64,000 bases of DNA from Raja brachyura (lineage: Eukaryota): positions 51,832,001-51,896,000 of the forward strand of contig OY740798.1 of assembly GCA_963514005.1 (NCBI GenBank), given 5' to 3'. Below are positions 63,056-64,000 of the stretch, piece after piece (the stretch's first letter is position 1; each line of letters opens with the position of its first letter). The translations under genes were made by a program, and so were the position numbers. Under the pieces are notes generated by a model. It saw nothing but the letters and a program-made list of their open reading frames with translations, was not told the DNA's origin and did no database searches.

Positions 63056-64000
63056 CCCTGCACACTAGGGGGCATTCATTTAAGTAAACCAACATCTGCA
63101 GCAAGGAAACGGGCCCTCTTGCCAAACCTCCCTATGCCAATCAAGATGCCCCATCTAAGCTAGTTCCACCTGCCCGTGTTTGGTCCATGTCCCTCTCAAC
63201 CTTTCTTATCCATGTACCTGTCCAAGTGTCTTTTAAATGTAGTTATTGCACCTGCCTCAACTTCCTCTTCTGGCAGCTCGTTCCATGTACGCACCACCTG
63301 TGTGGAAAAAAGTTGTCCCTCGGGTTCCCTTCAAATCTTTCCCTTACTTATGTCCCACGATTGTCTAATCATATGGTATTAACCTGAAATTCAAAGCTCC
63401 TCTACTGGTATACTGGGTCAGGCTACATCTCTTGAAAACATGGATAGGCGACGTTTCAAATCGGGACTCATCAGGTCGTGCATTTTAATGTGAGCAGTTT
63501 GGAGCACAAAATCTAGACGTTTGGAACAAAAACGAATTGTGGCGGGCATTCATTCTCAATAGAGACCAGACACACTAAGTTGTGAAGCAGCGTTACAAAG
63601 CAAATTCATCAAATACATTTGAGAGAGTTGTCTGAAGCAAAATATCCCGAATCCAATAGGGAATACTAGTTTCGCTTAGTCTAGTTCAGTTTAGAGATAC
63701 AGTGTGGAAACCGACCCTTCGGCCAGCTGAGTCCATGTCAACCATGTACATTAGTTCTCTGGTAGACAAAAATACTGGAGAAACTCAGCGGGTGAGGCAG
63801 CATCTATGGAGCGAAGGAAATAGGCAACGTTTCGGGCCGAAACCCTTCTTCAGACTGATGTGGTGGGGGGGGGGGGGGGGGTGCGTGCGGGAAGGGCGGG
63901 AAGAAGAAAGGAAGAGGTGGAGCCAGTGGGCTGAGGGAGAGCTGAGAAGGGGAGGAGACAGCAAGGGCTACCTGAAATGAGAGAGTCAATATTCATACCG

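Overview
Eukaryotic, repeat-rich vertebrate DNA, most likely a cartilaginous fish (skate/ray). The taxon is inferred from the CR1, Penelope, DIRS, Tc1 and HE1/V-SINE-like repeats. (1) 1-2504 is the 5' half of an intact-looking DIRS retrotransposon (minus strand) with gag, an overlapping RT frame and a canonical-looking -1 frameshift cassette. (2) About 2.5-37.1 kb is a young tandem array with a ~7.43-kb higher-order unit of two ~2.2-kb monomers, each carrying different nested TEs. Every full monomer contains an identical 45-nt phase-1 micro-exon (GFGKIENVVNENVDK; 9 copies). These, a related 33-nt exon (40977), a candidate 27-nt exon (42752) and a terminal exon encoding an atypical Ig-like domain (47495-47796, then AATAAA) splice in frame as the 3' part of a plus-strand Ig-superfamily gene. 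Array copy number would therefore set the length of a peptide repeat. (3) 37-57 kb is mostly TE debris, including a DIRS 3' end and a SINE>Tc1>CR1 nest. (4) From 57.3 kb is an NCR3LG1/B7-H6-like gene (leader, IgV, IgC1 exons) with an ISRE and a G-rich 23-bp VNTR just upstream of the ATG. All calls were made by eye; no database searches were run.
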